The notes under the pieces are model-generated. The model did not search any database, was not told where the DNA came from, and saw nothing but the letters and a program-made list of their open reading frames with translations. Both the position numbers and the translations under genes were made by a program. A stretch of 63,537 bases of DNA, filler included, from Folioceros fuciformis (Eukaryota): assembly GCA_049999805.1 (NCBI GenBank). It is 6 parts of 6 records of this genome, joined end to end, with 100 filler letters (N's around TTAATTAATTAA, not from the genome) between each part and the next. Parts side by side here need not be neighbours in the genome. Positions count along the whole stretch, not along the records: positions 24,303 to 41,162 come from JBNGIO010005246.1; positions 41,263 to 47,758 come from JBNGIO010005247.1; positions 47,859 to 61,673 come from JBNGIO010005248.1; 3 more parts are not named here. One strand, given 5' to 3'. Positions within the stretch are counted from its first letter, which is position 1. Each line of letters opens with the position of its first letter. Shown here piece by piece: positions 36,639 through 50,081 of the stretch.

Positions 36639-39024
36639 TTAATCATCAAGATCACTTTCATGCCCGTCATCCCTTCGATGAGATTTCTTTGAGCCACTCT
36701 TCTTCGCCTTCTTGTCTTTCTTTTCCTTGAGCCTTCTTTTCTTCTCTGCCATGTCCACCCACTTGTAGTCACTGGGAATAAGGAAAGGATCAACTTCGTC
36801 ATCAGGACAATCATCATGCGGTCCAGTGGTACTTTGAGGTTGAGATCCCCTGATCCATGAAAACCAGGAACTTGAAGATGGAGGCGGTATGTCCCCCTCC
36901 TTGATAGTTTTAGATTCTTGAAAGTGTCCAGGGCTTGAGAGAGGAGTGGAGAACTCTTCAGATGGGCGCAACTCCTCAAACTTGGTGAACGTCACGAACA
37001 GTCTGATCGTAGGAACGACCGGGATGGCAATCTGCAAGATCAACGACCAAAGTTGAGAATTAAGGCCAGGACAAAGTGGTGCCTCGCATGAGGGCAATAT
37101 CCTGTACCAACAAATACTCAATGGTCAACAGAAACAAGCACCCAAAGGTTTTGTATGATGACGCAGAGTGCATACTGACCTTGACTGGGAAGGTCCCTGC
37201 TGGGAGCTTGGTGGTGAGGAGTTCTCTAAGGCGCCGAACTGCTTTTACCTTGTTTGCTAAGATATCCAGCAGTGGCAGCAACTCCTCAGATTTCAGTGGG
37301 AAATCTGGCGTCAACCAAAGGACAGGCCTCAGTCCCTTCTTGTACTCACTTTCACTCCCTGGCTCACTGCCAGCACCTTTCCTCCTGCGTCCAGCCTCTT
37401 TAGCTGATCGTCTGCTGCTCTCCTTGCCTTTCCTGTAGATGACAGCCTCGTCTGCACTGACATTAGAGTTTCTTTCCCTGGCCTTTCTGTAAGCCATAGC
37501 CTCTTCTGCTGTGAAACTAGAGTGCCGTTCCTTAGCTTTCCTCATTGTCAAAGTATCTTCAGCACTAAAGTTTGAAGGCCTTCGATCAGCGGACCGCCGA
37601 GTAAGTTCTTTGCCAGGCTTTTTTGAGGGATTCCTCCAACCAGGATCCGAACTAGTGCCTCCAAAATCAAAACCCCTGTCCCGACTTGGGGACTCCCTAG
37701 AAAAGGATGATCTTTTCCCGTCCCCTTTCTTTTTACCCCAGCCAAACCAGCCTTTCTTCTCCTCCTTGTTGCTAACTGGCCCTCCCCTGGGAGTTCCACC
37801 AAGAGGAGTGGTCGCACCATTCTGCTCAGGGCTAAGACGGTGATCATACCCGTTTTCACTACCCGCATAATCGAAGCCTCTCTCATCATCGTACGCCCCA
37901 TATCGAGTTCCCGGCCTATCACTCTCAAAGCCGGCCTCAGAATCATAATCAGCATTTTCACTCTTTAAGGCAACCTCCAGCTGCCGTTTCTCCTCCTCTG
38001 TGAGCAAGTCTCCATAATCCTCATCTAATTCATCTGGCCTCTCACCCTCTGTAGCGAAGAGTTCCTCGTCAGTCATAGCACCTGGGACCCGCCGGGATCG
38101 TACGCTGACCTGCACGTGATGCATATCATAGATCTTGGCCTTCCAGGCCCCGACCATCTCCGTCCTCTCCTGGCGCCTCCAAGTTAAATGCGAGATGAGC
38201 TCAGCTTGTGTCACATCGATGCCAGGCCTGAACATATTTGTCTGGGACATAGCAGCCACTTCCTGTGCTATTTCTGCTTCAGAGGGCTGAATGCCAGCCC
38301 CTTCTAAAGCATTGGTAACCTCTTTCTCCTTGTGAGTGAGAACCACTAGAGAGCCAGAGGGTAATTTCCCGTCCTCGCTACCATCCCCCAAGAACAAGAA
38401 ACTCTGATCCGACCGATGGATCCTGAAACCATCGAAGCCAGCAAGAGTCATATCAGCCCGCAGATTAGAGCCTCGCTTCCAAATCCGATAGGTGTCGGAC
38501 GGCGCAATTCGTCCTATGAACGGGATGACAGAGCTCTCAAAGTGAAAAGTGAGTTCCATATAAAAGTCCCGCATCCGGCGCATAGTGGCCGTCACACGGG
38601 GAAGCCGGCGACACCACTTAGCCCAAGCCATAGGTTGGTAATGCCTCGTGATGATCATGGCAATTCCCTCTTCCCTAGCACACACAGCTTCCTGCAACGC
38701 ACTCCAGCCATTCTCATTCTGCAAACTAAAATCCGCGCCTGCCGTCATCAGCATTTCCACTGCCACAGCGTCGCCCAACCTCACTGCCAAGTGCAAGGGC
38801 GTTTCCCTGCCCGGCACATCCCTCCTGTCAACCACGGCCGAGATGGTTTCGGCCCGCTGCTCGGCGGCGATGGACTCCGACTCTGTCACCACTTCCCCCG
38901 CCTTGGCAGGGCGCGGCAAGCCGGTGAGAATTCTGTGCAGCCCGCTGTAATCTCTTCTGGCCACAGCATAGTGCACGGGACTGTGGCCATACACGGCCGC
39001 TTCCTCCAACGACAGCTGCGCCAT
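36639..39024 (-). CDS. ANKRD13: Ankyrin repeat domain-containing protein 13 family (ankyrin + GPCR-chaperone domain)
   Basis: Exons 39024-37180 and 37031-36639 (745 aa). Motifs ETPLHLAV, GWSALQEA, APSDTYRIWKRGSNLRADMTLAGFDG, LWLTPDFPL..ELLPLLDILA, GTFPVK|IAIPVVPTI, DPFLIPSDY. Confidence 0.93.
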
Positions 39025-40277
39025 GGTCGCAAGTGTGGAACACCCAAACCTAGCACATGTGCGGCAGCCAACACCCCGGCCAAGCTCGAACCGACCAGAC
39101 CAGAAATTGCTACACCCTGCGCCGCAGCTCTACGTTCCGAGCCAACTCCTCCAGCTAGAGGACATCAAGGCTGCGCAAGACGGCAATGAGGCCACATTAG
39201 ACAAACAGACAACCGCGTCAATCCACGACAGCGTAGCAGCCACCTCCAGGAAAGCGATGCATGCGCCACAAACCCTCACCCGCAGCAGAGATGGCAGAAC
39301 TCAAAGCCATGTCCTCCTAGCCCAGCGGCGGCGCTGGTACCCCCGTCATCCCCAGGGAACCGCAGAGCGGCACCAGAGAAGTTGAAATTACGAGCCCGGT
39401 CTAGAATCAGAAACGCCTGTGGAAACCTGCCATCAGTGCACATCCGAAACCTCCGACCAAGGAGCCAGTCCTCCAATCTGCATCATACCCTAACTCCTAC
39501 CGCACCGGGAATGCTCTCCCGCTCCAATCCCTCCCTCCCTCCCTTTACTNNNNNNNNNNNNNNNNNNNNNNNNNNNNNNNNNNNNNNNNNNNNNNNNNNN
39601 NNNNNNNNNNNNNNNNNNNNNNNNNNNNNNNNNNNNNNNNNNNNNNNNNCTCCCTCGTCACACACCCTTGCCGCAGCTGCGCCAAGCTTAACAAGAGACA
39701 ATCTCGAATGACGAGCGAAATTGCTTCCGGCTCCGACGGCGGCCCGAGCCTCACCTCTCCGCCACCTCGGGATCTCCAAATGCTGCTCTAGCGAAGGGGA
39801 ACCTGTGCAACAGCAAAAGGAGGCGAGGAGCAGAGACGCCCGTCTGAGGCCGGCAAGCCGAGGCCTGCCGCTCCTGACTCAATCCCGCTACCGGGGCACC
39901 GCAAGAGCAGACATATCACCGACAGTGCAGCAGCGAGCACACAGAAGTGAGAGACGAGGAAGGCCGGGCGCAGCAGCTGGGCAGCCGGAGGAGAACGTCC
40001 ACCATGGCCGATGAAAGGCGCTCTGGCTGGCGCGGGCGGCAGGCTGGCTGTGGCTGCGGGCTATGCCTGGGACCCGCACCACCCAGGAGAGAGCGAGAAC
40101 GAGGGCGTCCGCCTTTCCCTTGCCTTCACCTGCTCCATTTTGGCTCTCATCTCGACTGGGCCTGCAGTCTGCAGAGGCTGGGGCTGGGGCTGGGGCTGGC
40201 GTATCCTTCTGGCGTGGTTTTGACGCATGCCGTCACTCCTGGAGTCTGCCTGACTGACTGACTTCCTTCTTCCAGGG

Positions 40278-40327
40278 CCGGGACTGGGGCCGGGGCCGGG
40301 GCCGGGCCGGACTGGGTCGGGTCGGGT
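40278..40327. repeat. GGGCC/GGGTC-rich short repeats upstream of ANKRD13 (site II-like promoter motifs)
   Basis: Repeated gggcc/gggtc units; regulatory role is inferred from position only. Confidence 0.4.
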
Positions 40328-41054
40328 TATGAAGTCCCTGGGAAGCTGGGTGGATGGCGTCAGAGAAAAACAAGGGGGGCTGCTTCCGTCTCCGGAAACC
40401 AACAAAGGTTTATTCCTTCCCGCTTGCCTTTAACGTTCACCTAAATACGCAAACCGGGGAAGGGATGTTCTAGAATGCCCGTCAGGATGCCAGTTGCGCA
40501 ACGGAACGTGTGAATCCATCCCGTTAAAGGTGGGGCCGCGAGCATTCAAAGTTCGTATTTTGGGAGGGAATTTGAAAGCGAGCGAGGCACGCCTTCGGCC
40601 GCCTTGCCCGCTTTATGACCTTCCTTCCCCTCGCGTCTTCGATGTCCCCGCCCCCCTAACCCCTACCCCCCCTTGCCATCAGCTTTAGAACATGCATATT
40701 TTACCCTTAGCTTCTTGTCTTTCAGACTTGATCTTCTGCATGTGCTTTGTCCTATCAATGCATCACTTTCATTCCCAAGCTTGGTAAGTGAAGCCCATAA
40801 ATTTGTTTGTTTGGGCTCTCAAACGAAGAGCTGAAGTGTAGGGCTCACAAACAACAACTACTGTACACACATATGGAAAAGGGTACTGAAAGATATGTTT
40901 GCCATGGTCGAAATTAGAGCACTCCATCTCTATCCAGCATGGATAGAGATGGAGTAAGCAAAATTTGAAAGCGAGTGGGAAGCACGACATCACATAGGTA
41001 GAGGCCGAGGGGGCAGAGGACAGAAGGCAGTCATCAATTGGGGTCCGTCTTTCA

Positions 41055-41102
41055 TTCAGTTCAGTTCAGTTCAGTTCAGTTTGGTTTGGTTTGGTTTGGT
41101 TT
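41055..41102. repeat. Compound microsatellite (TTCAG)n(TTTGG)n
   Basis: Directly visible. Confidence 0.9.
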
Positions 41103-41162
41103 CCGTTACGCGCCTGTTTTTATACAACCACATGATTCGTGGCATTCGATTTTGGGGAGAGG

Positions 41163-41262
41163 NNNNNNNNNNNNNNNNNNNNNNNNNNNNNNNNNNNNNN
41201 NNNNNNTTAATTAATTAANNNNNNNNNNNNNNNNNNNNNNNNNNNNNNNNNNNNNNNNNNNN
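41163..41262. other. Artificial scaffold linker
   Basis: TTAATTAATTAA at 41207-41218. Confidence 0.95.
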
Positions 41263-41455
41263 GATATATATATATATTGTCTTAAACATTAACCTATAGA
41301 TTAGGTCAAGTAGACTGTGGTCGTTTAGGTTAATGGAGGTGACCTTTAGCCAAGCGTCACCTAGAATGGTATTAAGACTTTTTTGTTTGTTGACATTTGT
41401 TGTTCAATTTATCTACCAAGAGATTAAGCAAGTATTCTAGCTTCCACTCGACAAT

Positions 41456-44108
41456 TTACATTTTGAAGCGAGCGCTCAAGAGTTGCTTGACCTCTGCCAG
41501 CATTTCAAAGTTGTTTGCTGCAAGAATAAGGTCGTCAACATAGAGAGCAAGGACCACAAAGTGGGGGCCTCGAGACAGCTTGTATACGTTGCCGTCGGCT
41601 GTGCTCTGGGGAAAGAAGATGCTCAGGAGGTAGGCGTGCATGGTGGTATACCAAACCCGGCCACTTTGCTTAAGGCCATAGATACACTTTCTCAGCCTTA
41701 GGACTTTGCCTGGGTGTTGCTTGCTGACATAGCCTTCAGGCATATTCATGTAGAGCTCCTCGTCCATATTGCCGTAAAGAAAAGCAATCTTCACGTCCAT
41801 TTGCTGGAGCTCGAGGTCGAGCTCAACAGCAAGGGCAAGCAAAATCCGGATGGATTGAGCACGTACCATTGGAGAAAAGGTCTCATGATAGTCGAGGCCT
41901 TTAACTTGGGAGAACCCACGAGCCACCATGTGAGCTTTGAAGTGGGCTACCTGGCCTTGGGCATTCAACTTTAGCTTGAACGTCCATTTACATGAGATGG
42001 GCTTCCTCCCAAGGGGCGGGTCGACTAGCTCCTAAGTTTTGAGCTGAACCAAACTCTAGTATTCATCCTTCATTGCGAGCCGCCACTNNNNNNNNNNNNN
42101 NNNNNNNNNNNNNNNNNNNNNNNNNNNNNNNNNNNNNNNNNNNNNNNNNNNNNNNNNNNNNNNNNNNNNNNNNNNNNNNNNNNNNNNGGAGGATGCCGTC
42201 CTTAACATCCGAGTTGGCATCCACTATGTCAAGAGTGCGGGGGTCACCGTCCTCCAGAGGGAAGCTTGATAAAGGGTCTGAGTCAAGGGGAGCTGGGTCC
42301 TTGGCTGAGGCGGCTCCCTCTGAAGCTGGCTTAGCAAGCTCCATGAAGGTAACAGTCTGTGCAAGGGTGATGTTGTAGGTATCAAGGTCTACGAGTTTGT
42401 AGGCCTTGGTAGATTCAATGTAGCCTACAAAAATCAGCTTCCTTGCACTGTCCTCTAACTTGCGCTGCTTTTGTGCAGGGATGTGGGCGAAAGCTAATCC
42501 AAAAACCCGCAGGTGTTGAATACTTGGCTTCCGTTTCCAGAATACCTCGTATGGAGTGCGGGTGAGTGACGGGGTTGTGATGATCCGGTTCAAGGTGTAT
42601 GTGGCAGCCACTATGGCTTCAGCCCAGAAGCCCTGCGGAAGACTAGACCACAAGAGCATGCTTCAAGTCATGGAGAGGAGCGTCTGGTTCTTACACTCAG
42701 CAACCCCCTTTTGCTGCGAGGTGTATGGAACACTGAGTTGTCTTTGGATTCCTCGCTCGAGCAAGAAAGCATCAAACTCATTGTTTACAAACTCGCTCCC
42801 ATTGTCGCTTCGTAGGGTTTTCAGCAAGTTGCCCGTCTGACGCTCTACGGCAAGTAGCCAGTCCTTAAAATAAGCGAATGTGTCCCTCTTCAGGTGCATG
42901 GGGAAGGTCCACGAGTATCTGTTGAAGTCGTCGGTGAGGGTGAGATAGTAGATTGCCCCTCCCAAAGATGGAGTGTGAATCCTTCCCGATTTGTTAGCGT
43001 GGACCAGCTCCAGCACTAACTTTGCCCTCTGCGCATGTTTGGGAAATGGCGACTCCTTTTGCTTTGCAAGCACACATGGATCGCAAATAGGAAGGTGCCG
43101 GAAGCATCTTGGCAGAGGTTCCTTATATAGGTCCTGTGATGACATTGAGATCAACTTATTCTTGTTGATGTGACCAAGCCTAGTATGCCGGACTTAAGGA
43201 GGGCTGTTCAGCAGTGAAGACAAGGGGCTCCTATCTGCTTTCCAAGGTGAGCGTATAAAGTCCATCTTGAAGGATGGCTTTTAACATGCATAGGTCAGAG
43301 TTAGCTGGCCTGTAGAAACAGCAAGAGTCACGCGAGAACAGTATCTCCAGGGTACCGTGTCGCATGAGCTGATTAAGGGAAACAAGGTTCTTCCCCATTT
43401 GTGGAACATAAAGCACAGGCTTTAGGGTAAGTGTTGATCCGTTAGGTAAGGGGAACTCGCAAGTCCCTTGTCCAAGTATGGGTAGACTTTATTTGTTCTG
43501 CTCATCTCCCAAGAGCACTCTTTCTCTGATAGGACGTGTGTCCAGCTTGGAGAACAGAGTGTTGTCATTGCAAATATGAGCGGTGGCTCCACTGTCAAGG
43601 TACCACCCTCTGTCTTGCTGTGGCTGAGTATTGAAGCACACAGTGAGAATCTTGATCGTCTTTGTCTCCTTAGATACTGCTTTGCCTTTGACAGCTACAC
43701 TTGAGGTCTGGCGCAGGCCAAGCTTTTGTAGGTCTCCGGCCTTTTTCTTGCGGCATTCTCGTGCCCAGTGGCCAGGTGTGCCGCACCAATTGCAGTTACC
43801 TGCCCGGCGTGGTGGAGCTGAGGTCGACTCACCCTTGGAGGTAGTGGCCTGCTTCCCCTTGAGTTTCCTGGGCTTAAAACGAACAGCGAGTGCCTTATCT
43901 ACCTTGGGCTTGGACCCTCCTGCAGAATTGAGGCGGCTTTATTCGTGTTGTTAAAGGGCACCGATGATTTCCTCCACTGTTGGAGAGGAGGTGGATCCAG
44001 GGGTGCCGCGAGTTGACACAAGCACCAGGCTAGTGACAGTGTTGGTAGGAGGCCGGCAGACTCATGAGCAGTTGAGCAGTAGTGTCGCTCTCAATGAAGT
44101 GAGGGGCT
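41456..44108 (-). mobile_element. Ty1/Copia LTR retrotransposon internal region (gag end, protease, integrase, RT), degenerate
   Basis: Gag LLMSLPASY, Zn knuckle CNWCGTPGHWAREC, protease WYLDSGATAHICND, integrase LRSDNGSEF and PYTSQQKGVAE, RT QMDVKIAFLYG, IYGLKQSGR and LYVDDLI. Stops and frameshifts present. Confidence 0.93.
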
Positions 44109-44110
44109 GT

Positions 44111-47100
44111 TGTGTTCCAAAATCTAGGAGTGAAACGTGAGGGTGAAGGGATGAAGGGTTGAAAAGCTGAAGTGCTGGAGTAGAGATTTGAAGTACCGGA
44201 GTAGAGATTTGAAGTGCTGGAGTGTGGAGTTGGTGTGCTGAGGTGAGGAGCTTAGGTGCTAAAGTTCTCAATCAGCTGCTGAGGTGGCTAGCATTTAGGG
44301 CTGAGAGTGGAGGCCAAGGCTAGGGCTGGGACCTCCTCTCAGTTGCTGAGGTGGCTGATACTTGGAGCTGTAAGTGGGAGCTGAAGATGATGCTGGAGTT
44401 CTCATTCAGCTGGAGCTATGGTTGGTGTTGAAGACAGGGCTAAGGATTCTAATTTTTTTTGCTGTAGTGAGGCTAGGGCTAGGAGTCGGCTGATAGATTG
44501 GGTTAGATTAGGGCAGTGTGGGAAGATTGTAGAAAACCTTGACACTAGTTCACTCCCTTCGGAGCGAATCATAATACTACAACGATAATAAGGGAAAGTG
44601 TGGCCCTTTGGTGGTTCTTGGGTGCAAGAAACCACTCCACATTTTGGCGCCGTTGCCGGGGAGTGACATTGTTGTCAAGGTTTGGAGAGGACTGACCTAG
44701 ATAGGGGACTGTACAAGGGAGTGTGGTAGGGTTGTTGGATGCCCTGCATAGGTGCTGAAGATTTCAACTCCGGCTATGAAGTGGGAGCTCAAGCTCAAGC
44801 AAGGAGGCAGCAACAAGCATTGGAGTGTGAGCAAAGGGCAGCAAAAATGGAGCTAAGGAGGGCACAGCCAAGGCATACACTAGCAAGGAGGAGGAGAGGG
44901 GCAAGCAACTAGCAGATCTTGGGGGAATCAATCACGTTGGAGCAAGACCCTCAACTTTCAGCTATTGGGGGGAAGCCTAATCCAGGGCAACCTAATCCAA
45001 GTCTGCTCCTTGGTCGTCATCCTGGACTGGGGCAGGTGATTAGGAGTGCAAGGGCTGAAGGATTCAGCAACATCAGCCCAACTCCAGTTGCTGGAGCTGT
45101 TGGATCTACAACTGTAGTGGTGAGTGCAGGCACCATGGCGGCCCCAACTGTTGCAATGTCCACCAAGCAGTTGTACCCCTTGTATGAGGAGAAGAAGGGG
45201 TATGAGGACCTGGATGAATTTGTGGAGAGGTTTGAGCAATTGACCCTTGCTAACAAGGAATCAGCGAATGCACAGCACATCCAATTGTTCTATGGTGTAC
45301 TGCGTGGAGGGCCTGCCAAGTGGTACAGGAGGGAGTACCTCAAGGCTGGCACATTTCCAGCAACTTTTGATGTGTTGAAGAGGGCCTTTTGTGAGCGGTT
45401 CAGGGGGATAAATGTAGAGGGCTACGTGTTGTCCAAGCTGGAGGCCTTGAGGAGGAGGAGGAAGGAGACCTTGTAGGCCTATGTGGAGAGGTTCCACAAC
45501 CTGCGGGATTTCTGTGGACCTCATTCAGACTTACAGGCCATTAGGTGGTTCGCTGGAGGCTTAGGATCAAGGATGGGGAGCCATGTGAAATTGTTCGCAG
45601 AAAAAGATGTGGACAGGGCTATAAGGGTAGCCCTCAATTATGAGGAGTCTCATTCGTGGGGCAAAGGGAGATCCAAGAAGGAGAAGGAGAGAGTGAGGGA
45701 GAAGGACACGAAGAAGAACAGGCCTAGGAAGGGGAAAAAGAAGAGGGAGTCATCTTCCTTGGATGAAGATTCCTCCGAGGAGAGCGATTCTTCAAAAGAA
45801 TCAGCAGTAGAGACCTCTTCATCTTCAGCAGGGGACAGCCTGGAGGAGGAGTCCTCGGAGGACGAGGCTGTCAAGAAAAGACTGAAGAAGAAGGAGAAAG
45901 AGGTGGCTAGGCGGAAGAAGGAAGCAAGGAAGGCAAAGGATCTGGCCAAGGCCAAGCAAGAGGTGGCTAGTGCCAAGAGGGAGGTGGAGCAGGTCAAGAA
46001 AGAGGCTGAGGCTACAGCCAAGAAAGTGGAGCAGCAGGAGTCCAAGATGGAGGAGATGATGAGCAAGTTTGAGAAGTTTCACCTCCATGCTGTCAAGGAA
46101 CATGAGAGAAGGAGGGCTACAACTAGTGGCAGGGCTAACTTGTTTTGCTCCATTTGTGGTGAGCAAGGCCACACCAAGACCCATTGTTAAGGGGCCAAGG
46201 TGCATTTGCTGGCCTGTGAAGGGGAAGAAGAGGATTGGCCGGTGGAGGACTCCTACCAAATTCAGGGGTTTTCCCAAGGGCAGCAATATTCCAAGACAGC
46301 CCATCCTTCCATTCTTCGAAATCCTATGGGCACGGGTGGTCATAGCAACCAGGTGGGGAGAGTTGCTGGTCAAGCAGCGGGGGTTGTCCAATGCTATAAT
46401 TGTCGGAGGTTTGGACACTATGCCAATAGCTGTCCATCAGCAACTAGGCAGGCCAATGGAGACTACGATAGGTTGTGCCATGACTGCAAATGGCAGGGGC
46501 ATGTGGCGGGCAGCGTGCTTTGTCAGAACCCTAGGAAGAGCGTGAGGATTGCCCAGCCAGCGGTGACAGGGGTGCTGCAAGCAGCACCTCAAGGGGCTGC
46601 AACGGCCATGCACGTGGAGGACGCCCTCATGGCTGTTTGGGAGGAGGCCGAGGCCAAGGTGCTTAAGGGGCTGGAAGGGCTGGACAGCACTAAGGAGGGT
46701 TACTATGGGGAGGCTGCAGCCATGGCGGTATGTACCCGCAGTGGGAAGAGAAGGTGAAGGCAGCGGGGTGCCAAGAAGAAGGGGAAGGAAGTGGAATCTA
46801 CTGCAGGATTGGAGGAGGAGAAGGGCACCCCAAATGTGGAGGAATTAGGTTGAGAGGAAGGAGACCAGGAAGGGCAGACCCCCGAGGAAAAATCAAGGGC
46901 TGGAGAGGGAGCAGCCCCAGCAAAGGGGGGAAACCTGGAATTTCCTCCAGATGTGAGGGGAGAGGTGCTGGACATGATCCAGGAGGAGTTGGATAGGGCA
47001 GCAAAGGAGTCAGCACCCGTGGCTGCAAGTCTGCCACCTAGGGAGGTGGCAGCGGTGACCAAAGGCACCAATGGGGCTGTCTAGAAGCCATTTGATTTGG

Positions 47101-47758
47101 CTGGAGCCATCATGGACCAGCAATTTGCTGTTACCTTTGGTCAGCTCCTGAAGGATAACCCTAAATATCAACAGCAGGTCCGGAAGGCGTTGTAGGAGGC
47201 CCAACCCAAGAGGAGGAAGAGGCTACCTAAATCAGGGCCAAGGCTGTTGGCTCCCATGGTCAACATGGTGTCCATGGTGGACCAAGGACCGGCTGAACTG
47301 TAGGTGGAGATTGCAGGCTGCGTGATTAAGAGGGTGCCGCTGGATATAGGTTCAGGGGTGAATATTATGATGGAAGATACCACCAAGAAACTCAGATTGG
47401 AGATCGAGCACACAACCAAGGTCTTGAGGTTGGCCAATATGTCCAGAATGCAGCCAGTGTGGGAGCTGAGAGGGGTAACCACAACCATAGGGACCATTCC
47501 CTACCTTCTCGATTTTGTGGTCATTCAGCACAAGGCACCAGGCTACGACATCTTGCTGGGAAGGACTTGGCTGTACGGATTGAGGTGCAGGCTGTCATGG
47601 GGGAGGAAGGAGGTGGCTTTCAAACCACTTGAATGGGACCCCAAGACAAAGGAGGGTAGGATCTGTTTGAGCTGGAGCCGGGATGTCTACCTCGGTGAGA
47701 CCCCAACGGACACGGAGGGTTACACATCCGTGGGGGACACAACTGATTTGGAGGAGGG
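44111..47758 (+). mobile_element. Ty3/Gypsy element (5' LTR, PBS, gag, protease) inserted in the Copia gag, 3' truncated
   Basis: LTR TGTG..CACA at ~44111-44641 followed by the PBS. Gag DLDEFVERFE..LRGGPAKWY..F..LKRAFCERF with three Zn knuckles; protease VPLDIGSGVNIM..ILLGRTWL. Several premature stops. Confidence 0.88.
44645..44662 (+). promoter_or_regulatory. Primer-binding site TGGCGCCGTTGCCGGGGA (tRNA-Asp type, as in Athila-like elements)
   Basis: Lies 3 nt after the LTR-terminal CA; starts with TGG, complementary to the tRNA CCA end. Confidence 0.85.
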
Positions 47759-47858
47759 NNNNNNNNNNNNNNNNNNNNNNNNNNNNNNNNNNNNNNNNNN
47801 NNTTAATTAATTAANNNNNNNNNNNNNNNNNNNNNNNNNNNNNNNNNNNNNNNNNNNN
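47759..47858. other. Artificial scaffold linker
   Basis: TTAATTAATTAA at 47803-47814. Confidence 0.95.
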
Positions 47859-48041
47859 GGGGGTCGGAACCACGCAAGTCGAGGCCTCGAACGGCTCTTT
47901 GCCTCGGGCCAGGACCTGAAGAATGCCTGTGCGCAGGTCATGTGTTTCCAGTACTCGGGGGTTTTATGTACATATACTGCGGTGCTGCACTGACTGCACG
48001 GAGTACTCTGCCCTTCGAGGTGGTAACACACCGGCTATGGG

Positions 48042-49533
48042 ATGGAGAACGGATTGTGTAAGCGTGTCACGTGTACTGATTGTCCATGTCTGCCGCGCCT
48101 GACCTCCAACGAGACGTTGTCCCCGGATCACGTGAAAACCACTCCATACTGGACGGTGTCCAGGGATGCAACGGCGGAGGCATTGTCAGAAGTGAAGGAG
48201 ATGCTCCAGGATGCAGTGCAGGAGATCATTTGCTTGAAAAAGAAATTGGAGCATGAGCGAATGCAGAATGAGGTCTCCGAAGACAGATGCAGACTGCTGG
48301 ACATGAAACGACGGCATTACAAAGCAGAGTGCCGCAGGCTGGAGCACGACCTGGAGGAGCTCAAATTCGAGCAACAGACGGAAGCAGGTGCGTGGCAGAA
48401 ACACTGGGAGGAGGTCCATAACGAATGCGAGATGCTGCGGACCGAGATCTACGCCCTTCAGACCGGCACTAGCATGATTCTCCACCCTTTGAAAGAGTCC
48501 TTGTCGGCGCAGAGTTACGTGGCTTCTCCTGAGGGACCGAGTAGGCTGCTCACTGTCTACTCCGGCGCCTACTCCTTCTCGGTGAATACGTTCCGAGTTA
48601 TGGCGAACAGCATAAAGTTTCGACTGGCTGGCGTCAGCAGGTCATTGGCTCGTGCTGTTGGTCATCCAGTGGACATTGCGCTGGACGCTGTAGGACTGTC
48701 GGACGGGAAATATGCCATGCACACACGCGTTTCAGAGATACTGTTCAAAGGTTTCGAGGACGAAAGCTTCACCATCCCAGAATGCCTGGTGCCGGAGGTG
48801 AACAGGGACAATAGACGGGATATTTATCTCAATCAGGTCCGGGAGCTGGGGACTTTACAGGATGAGGAACAGGTGATGACGAACTTCCACTACCTAGTTC
48901 AACAGTGTTTTCATACAGTCTCAAAAACAGAGCCCACAAGATTGATTCCCGAATTGTGTCCCACCAGTTGCACTAAAGTCGGGCTCTGCGGATGTGGAAG
49001 AGCAACATTCATGTGCTTCTGCCGAAGACAACTTCACCGGCTGGCTAAGTTCTTGAAACCTCAGCATGCTTTCTGGAGTCATGCAGCGGAGGAANNNNNN
49101 NNNNNNNNNNNNNNNNNNNNNNNNNNNNNNNNNNNNNNNNNNNNNNNNNNNNNNNNNNNNNNNNNNNNNNNNNNNNNNNNNNNNNNNNNNNNNNAGTAAG
49201 TTCACCTTCTTGATCCGTTCACAAACTTTGCATACTTCAAAGCATATTCGTCGAGATGGTGAAAGTTGGAACCACGAGATGCGGAAGCAGTAATGTCACA
49301 AAGTGGTGCTGGTTGAGCTGCAGGTGAAGAGGGGGTGTATCTTCGACCCCGACTACATGGCTTTCGCCTACGAGGATCCTGAGGTCACTTCCCAAGGAGT
49401 GGTCGAATCTACAATCATACCAGGATTTTACATAGGCGAAGTTGTTGTCAGAAGCCAAGTTTACGTGCGTCATGCTGTGATACGGGAAGCAGATACTGTG
49501 AGCAAAGAATTCCTATCAACGAATCAAGACTGA
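48042..49533 (+). CDS. IRK-interacting protein / GIL1-like coiled-coil protein (spans an assembly gap)
   Basis: N-terminal coiled coil, middle ILFKGFEDESF..FMCFC, and a C-terminal exon VKRGCIFDPDYM..V..TIIPGFYIGEVVVRSQVYV typical of IRKI/GIL1. Exon structure around the gap at 49095-49194 is unresolved. Confidence 0.7.
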
Positions 49534-50081
49534 AGCATTTGATCACACATTATTTACACATGATTTAGGGTAGCTTCCTATCAACCTCACACAAGGAACG
49601 GAACAAGAATACTGACAGCAACTGGAAAACACACTTCACTTGGAAACAGATTGCCCCACTCCCTGTCCTTCTTTGTAAAAACACGTAGTCACTGCAGATT
49701 GTTGCGGGGTAGCTATAGGAGTTGGCTTGACGTGGACGCAGGTCATCTAGGTGGTCATATCAGCGTAACCGATGATGTACTCAGTGTTATGGTTCAAGGG
49801 TAAAGGCTTACTCAGGGAGCAACATCGCTGGAAGTGAAGATTCAAATCTTGTTCAGCCTTCCCCCATGATCTTGATCGATATTTCCATACGCGGTGTCGC
49901 AGCAACTAACGTGAGAACTATCAGTGTCTCTGCGAGCGACAGGAACTGGCTGCCTGCCGGTGCGGACAGTGTGTGTGCCTACTCCACCGAATCAACCCAT
50001 CCTACAGTCAAAATATGCAACATCATGATCACCACAATCGAGATATCCAACCTCAAATTTACGGTTACCAGCATCGAAAAA

